Positions 61,022 through 64,000 of a stretch of DNA of 64,000 bases are shown here, one piece after another (the stretch's first letter is position 1; every line of letters starts with the position of its first letter). The notes below the pieces were generated by a model. That model made no database searches, had not been told where the DNA came from, and saw nothing but the letters and a program-made list of their open reading frames with translations. Both the position numbers and the translations under genes were made by a program. The stretch is from Vicinamibacterales bacterium (GTDB taxonomy: Bacteria; Acidobacteriota; Vicinamibacteria; Vicinamibacterales; UBA2999), in contig DASUGH010000043.1 in the NCBI GenBank assembly GCA_036274155.1, positions 11,165-75,164 of the forward strand, given 5' to 3'.

Positions 61022-63505
61022 CTAAAGCTGCACACGGCGTAGCCGCAATGCGTTCCCGATCACAGATACGGAGCTCAACGTCATGGCGGCGCTGGCAATC
61101 ATCGGACTCAGCAGCAGACCAGTGAACGGGTAGAGCACTCCTGCCGCAACAGGCACGCCGAGCGTGTTGTACACGAACGCGAAGAACAGATTCTGTCGCA
61201 CGTTGCTCATGGTCGCACGGCTGAGACGCCTGGCACGTACGATGCCGCGCAGATCGCCTTTGACCAGCGTGACCCCTGCGCTTTCCATTGCCACGTCGGT
61301 ACCGGTGCCCATGGCGATCCCGACGTCGGCCTGCGCGAGCGCCGGAGCGTCGTTGATGCCATCGCCGGCCATGGCGACTCGCTGCCCCTCGCGTTGAATC
61401 GACTTGACGACTTCCGCTTTCTCGCCTGGCAGGACGCCCGCCCGCACGTCGTCGATGCCGACGCGGCCGGCCACGGCCTTCGCGGTCACCTCGGTATCAC
61501 CGGTGACCATCAGAATCCGCAGCCCCTCGCGATGAAGCGAGTCGATGGCCTCCGGCGTCGTGTCTTTCACAGGATCGGCAACCGACAGGAACCCGGCCAG
61601 CGATCCGTCGATGGCCACGTACGCGACCGTCTGGCCCTGCGCTCGCAGCTTGTCCCCCTCCGACGTGACGCTCGACACGGCGACGCCATGCTCTGACAGC
61701 TGCGCGGCGTTGCCGATGACGACTCGATGCCCGGCCACGACCCCTGAGACGCCGGTTCCCGTGTGCGATTGGAAGTCCGAGACGGGAAAGAGGGAAAGCT
61801 TTCGCTCTCCGGCTCCCGCGACGATTGCCGCGGCGAGCGGGTGCTCGCTGACCTGCTCGACGCTCGCGGCATAGCGCAGAAGGTCGGCTTCCGGAATCCC
61901 GGACGTCGGGGTCACGGTCATCAAACGCGGTTTGCCCTGGGTGAGCGTTCCCGTCTTGTCGACAATGAGCGTCGACACACGCTCGGTCACTTCCAGTGCT
62001 TCGGCGTCACGAAACAGCACGCCCGCCTCGGCGCCGCGCCCGGTGCCGACCATGATCGACATCGGCGTCGCCAGCCCGAGCGCACAGGGACAGGCGATGA
62101 TCAAAACCGCAACGGCGTTGACGAGCGCGTGCGCCAGCCGCGGCTCGGGGCCGAACAGACCCCAGGCCGCCGCCGTCAGAACCGCGACGACGATAACCGC
62201 CGGCACGAACCAGGCCGACACGCGATCGGCGAGACGCTGAATGGGCGCGCGCGATCGCTGCGCCTGGCTGACCTGCCGGACGATCTGCGCGAGCAGCGTG
62301 TCGGCGCCGACGCGACGCGCCTCCATCACGAAGGCGCCTGTCCCGTTCACGGTGCCGCCGGTCACGAGGCTCTGAGCCGAGACAGACACCGGCATCCCCT
62401 CCCCGGTGACCATCGACTCGTCGACACTGCTCGAGCCGTCGACCACGATGCCGTCGACCGGAATCCGTTCGCCCGGCCTGACCCGGAGCCGGTCGCCGAC
62501 CCGGACGGTTGCGAGCGGGACCTCCTCCTCGACGCCTCCTGCCCCTACCCGCCTCGCAACCGTCGGAGCGAGTGCAAGGAGGGAGCGAATGGCCGCACTC
62601 GTGCGGCTCCGGGCACGCAGCTCCAGTACCTGTCCGAAGAGGACGAGCACGACGATGACAGCCGCTGGCTCGAAGTAGACAGGCACTACACCGTGCTGGC
62701 GGAGCGAGGCCGGCAAGGCCCATGGGATGAGCGTGACGACCACGCTGTAGACATATGCCGTTCCGACGCCCAACCCGATGAGCGTGAACATGTTCAGGTG
62801 CCGGTTGACGACCGAGGTCCAGGCGCGCACGAAAAACGGCCAACCGCCCCACAGCACCACAGGTGAGGTCAGGGCAAGCTGCGTCCACCTGAGGATGTCC
62901 GGCGTGACGCTCCGGTGCACGAGGTCTCCTGGCAGCAGCTCGCTGACCATCACCAGCAACAGCGGCGCCGTCAGGAACAGCGACAGCCGGAAGCGGTGCG
63001 TCATGTCGTCGAGCTCAGGATTACGGTCTTCGAGCGTCACCGTGCGCGGCTCGAGGGCCATGCCGCAAATCGGACACGCACCTGGGGAGTCGCGGACGAC
63101 TTCCGGATGCATCGGACAGGTCCATTCGGTCCGGGTCAGCGGCTCGGCGACGACCGGCTCGAGCGCCATCCCGCACTTCGGGCACGCGCCCGGGCCCTGC
63201 TGACGGACCTCGGGGTCCATCGGGCACGTGTAATCGGCCGGAGAGGCGGCTCGTGTGGGGGCCGGCGGAGCCACGGCTGCCGGGACATCATGAGTCGCGC
63301 CGTGGCCCGTCGCGGGGCGTTCCCGCTGAAGGCGAATCGGGCTGGCCTGGGCAGCCGGTTTCAACGCGAACGACGCCGGATTGGCATCGAACTTCGCACG
63401 GCAGCCTTCGCAGCAGAAGTAGTACGTCGTCCCCTGCCACTCGCTGGTGGCTTTTGCTTTCTGCGGGTCCACCTGCATCCCGCACACAACGTCACGTTCC
63501 ATCAC
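61022..63505 (-). CDS. copA: Cu(I)/Ag-translocating P1B-type ATPase with N-terminal YHS and heavy-metal-binding (YTCPMHP-type) domains
   Basis: DVVCGM...[47 protein letters not shown] and MTLSS Cu(I) motifs. Confidence 0.93.
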   Translation of the reverse strand: MMERDVVCGMQVDPQKAKATSEWQGTTYYFCCEGCRAKFDANPASFALKPAAQASPIRLQRERPATGHGATHDVPAAVAPPAPTRAASPADYTCPMDPEVRQQGPGACPKCGMALEPVVAEPLTRTEWTCPMHPEVVRDSPGACPICGMALEPRTVTLEDRNPELDDMTHRFRLSLFLTAPLLLVMVSELLPGDLVHRSVTPDILRWTQLALTSPVVLWGGWPFFVRAWTSVVNRHLNMFTLIGLGVGTAYVYSVVVTLIPWALPASLRQHGVVPVYFEPAAVIVVLVLFGQVLELRARSRTSAAIRSLLALAPTVARRVGAGGVEEEVPLATVRVGDRLRVRPGERIPVDGIVVDGSSSVDESMVTGEGMPVSVSAQSLVTGGTVNGTGAFVMEARRVGADTLLAQIVRQVSQAQRSRAPIQRLADRVSAWFVPAVIVVAVLTAAAWGLFGPEPRLAHALVNAVAVLIIACPCALGLATPMSIMVGTGRGAEAGVLFRDAEALEVTERVSTLIVDKTGTLTQGKPRLMTVTPTSGIPEADLLRYAASVEQVSEHPLAAAIVAGAGERKLSLFPVSDFQSHTGTGVSGVVAGHRVVIGNAAQLSEHGVAVSSVTSEGDKLRAQGQTVAYVAIDGSLAGFLSVADPVKDTTPEAIDSLHREGLRILMVTGDTEVTAKAVAGRVGIDDVRAGVLPGEKAEVVKSIQREGQRVAMAGDGINDAPALAQADVGIAMGTGTDVAMESAGVTLVKGDLRGIVRARRLSRATMSNVRQNLFFAFVYNTLGVPVAAGVLYPFTGLLLSPMIASAAMTLSSVSVIGNALRLRRVQL

Positions 63506-63694
63506 TCTTCAGAATACCGCTCCGATCGGAGCGTCGTGGGAAATACCGCCGCGTTCTGCCGGCCGATGCTCACGCGATCACCCCCGCCGGCTTCCAGTGG
63601 CTGCCACGATCCTCCGAAACATCGCGCAATGGCGGGCACACCCTCCGACTCTACCGTCCGAGACATACGTAGAGGACCCGAAGGAGGTCACCCA

Positions 63695-64000
63695 ATGAAT
63701 CTCCGTCATCTGGTCGCGGCGGTGGCGCTGGTGTCGCTGGCTGTGCCGGCGTTTGCAGAACCGTCTGCCGCTGGTCGTGTGAAGGTCGTCTCCGGTTCAG
63801 CGTTCATCATCAGAGGAAGTGAAGTGATGGCCGCCGAGCTCGGCCAACCGGTGTTCGAGTCCGACCGGGTGAGAACGGGTTCGGACGGACGTCTCGGCAT
63901 CACCCTCAAGGACGACACGCGGTTCTCGCTCGGTCCGGGGAGCGAAGTAGAACTCAGCCGCTTCGCGTACGTCCCGGCCCAGGGTCGCGTCGCGCTCGCG
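63695..64000 (+). CDS. FecR-domain secreted protein (partial, runs off the window end)
   Basis: SD AAGGAGG; MNLRHLVAAVALVSLAVPAFA signal, then GRVKVVSG...DRVRTGSDGRLGITLKDDTRFSLGPGSE. Confidence 0.8.
   Translation, partial: MNLRHLVAAVALVSLAVPAFAEPSAAGRVKVVSGSAFIIRGSEVMAAELGQPVFESDRVRTGSDGRLGITLKDDTRFSLGPGSEVELSRFAYVPAQGRVALA

Overview
GC-rich bacterial chromosomal window. The gene set and repeat style suggest Acidobacteriota, probably Vicinamibacterales (inference only). Most of it is core genes: ligA, ispB-like, tatD, metG, larC, radC, dapF-like, dtd, ttcA, suhB, aroA/aroK, maf, DUF721/dciA, thiolase, recA, truA, murI and copA, plus RNase P RNA and tRNA-Phe. No integrase, transposase or CRISPR array was seen. 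The most striking locus is a translationally coupled four-gene operon at 54075-60092: an apparently inactive HtrA-like PDZ protein, a cation/proton-antiporter (CPA)-like membrane protein, a CPA-like transporter fused in frame to an intact trehalose-6-phosphate synthase (OtsA), and otsB. It is transcribed divergently from an osmoprotectant ABC transporter. Other points of interest: a hybrid cytochrome c maturation operon (CxxxY-type CcmE, CcmF fused to a Cys-rich CcmH-like domain, extra CcmI-like and small membrane proteins); a DapF homologue with Ser at both catalytic Cys positions; an oversized RNase P RNA with repeat-like hairpins; long structured leaders before recA and an RRM gene; and an hslR-WYL-UPF0182 operon.
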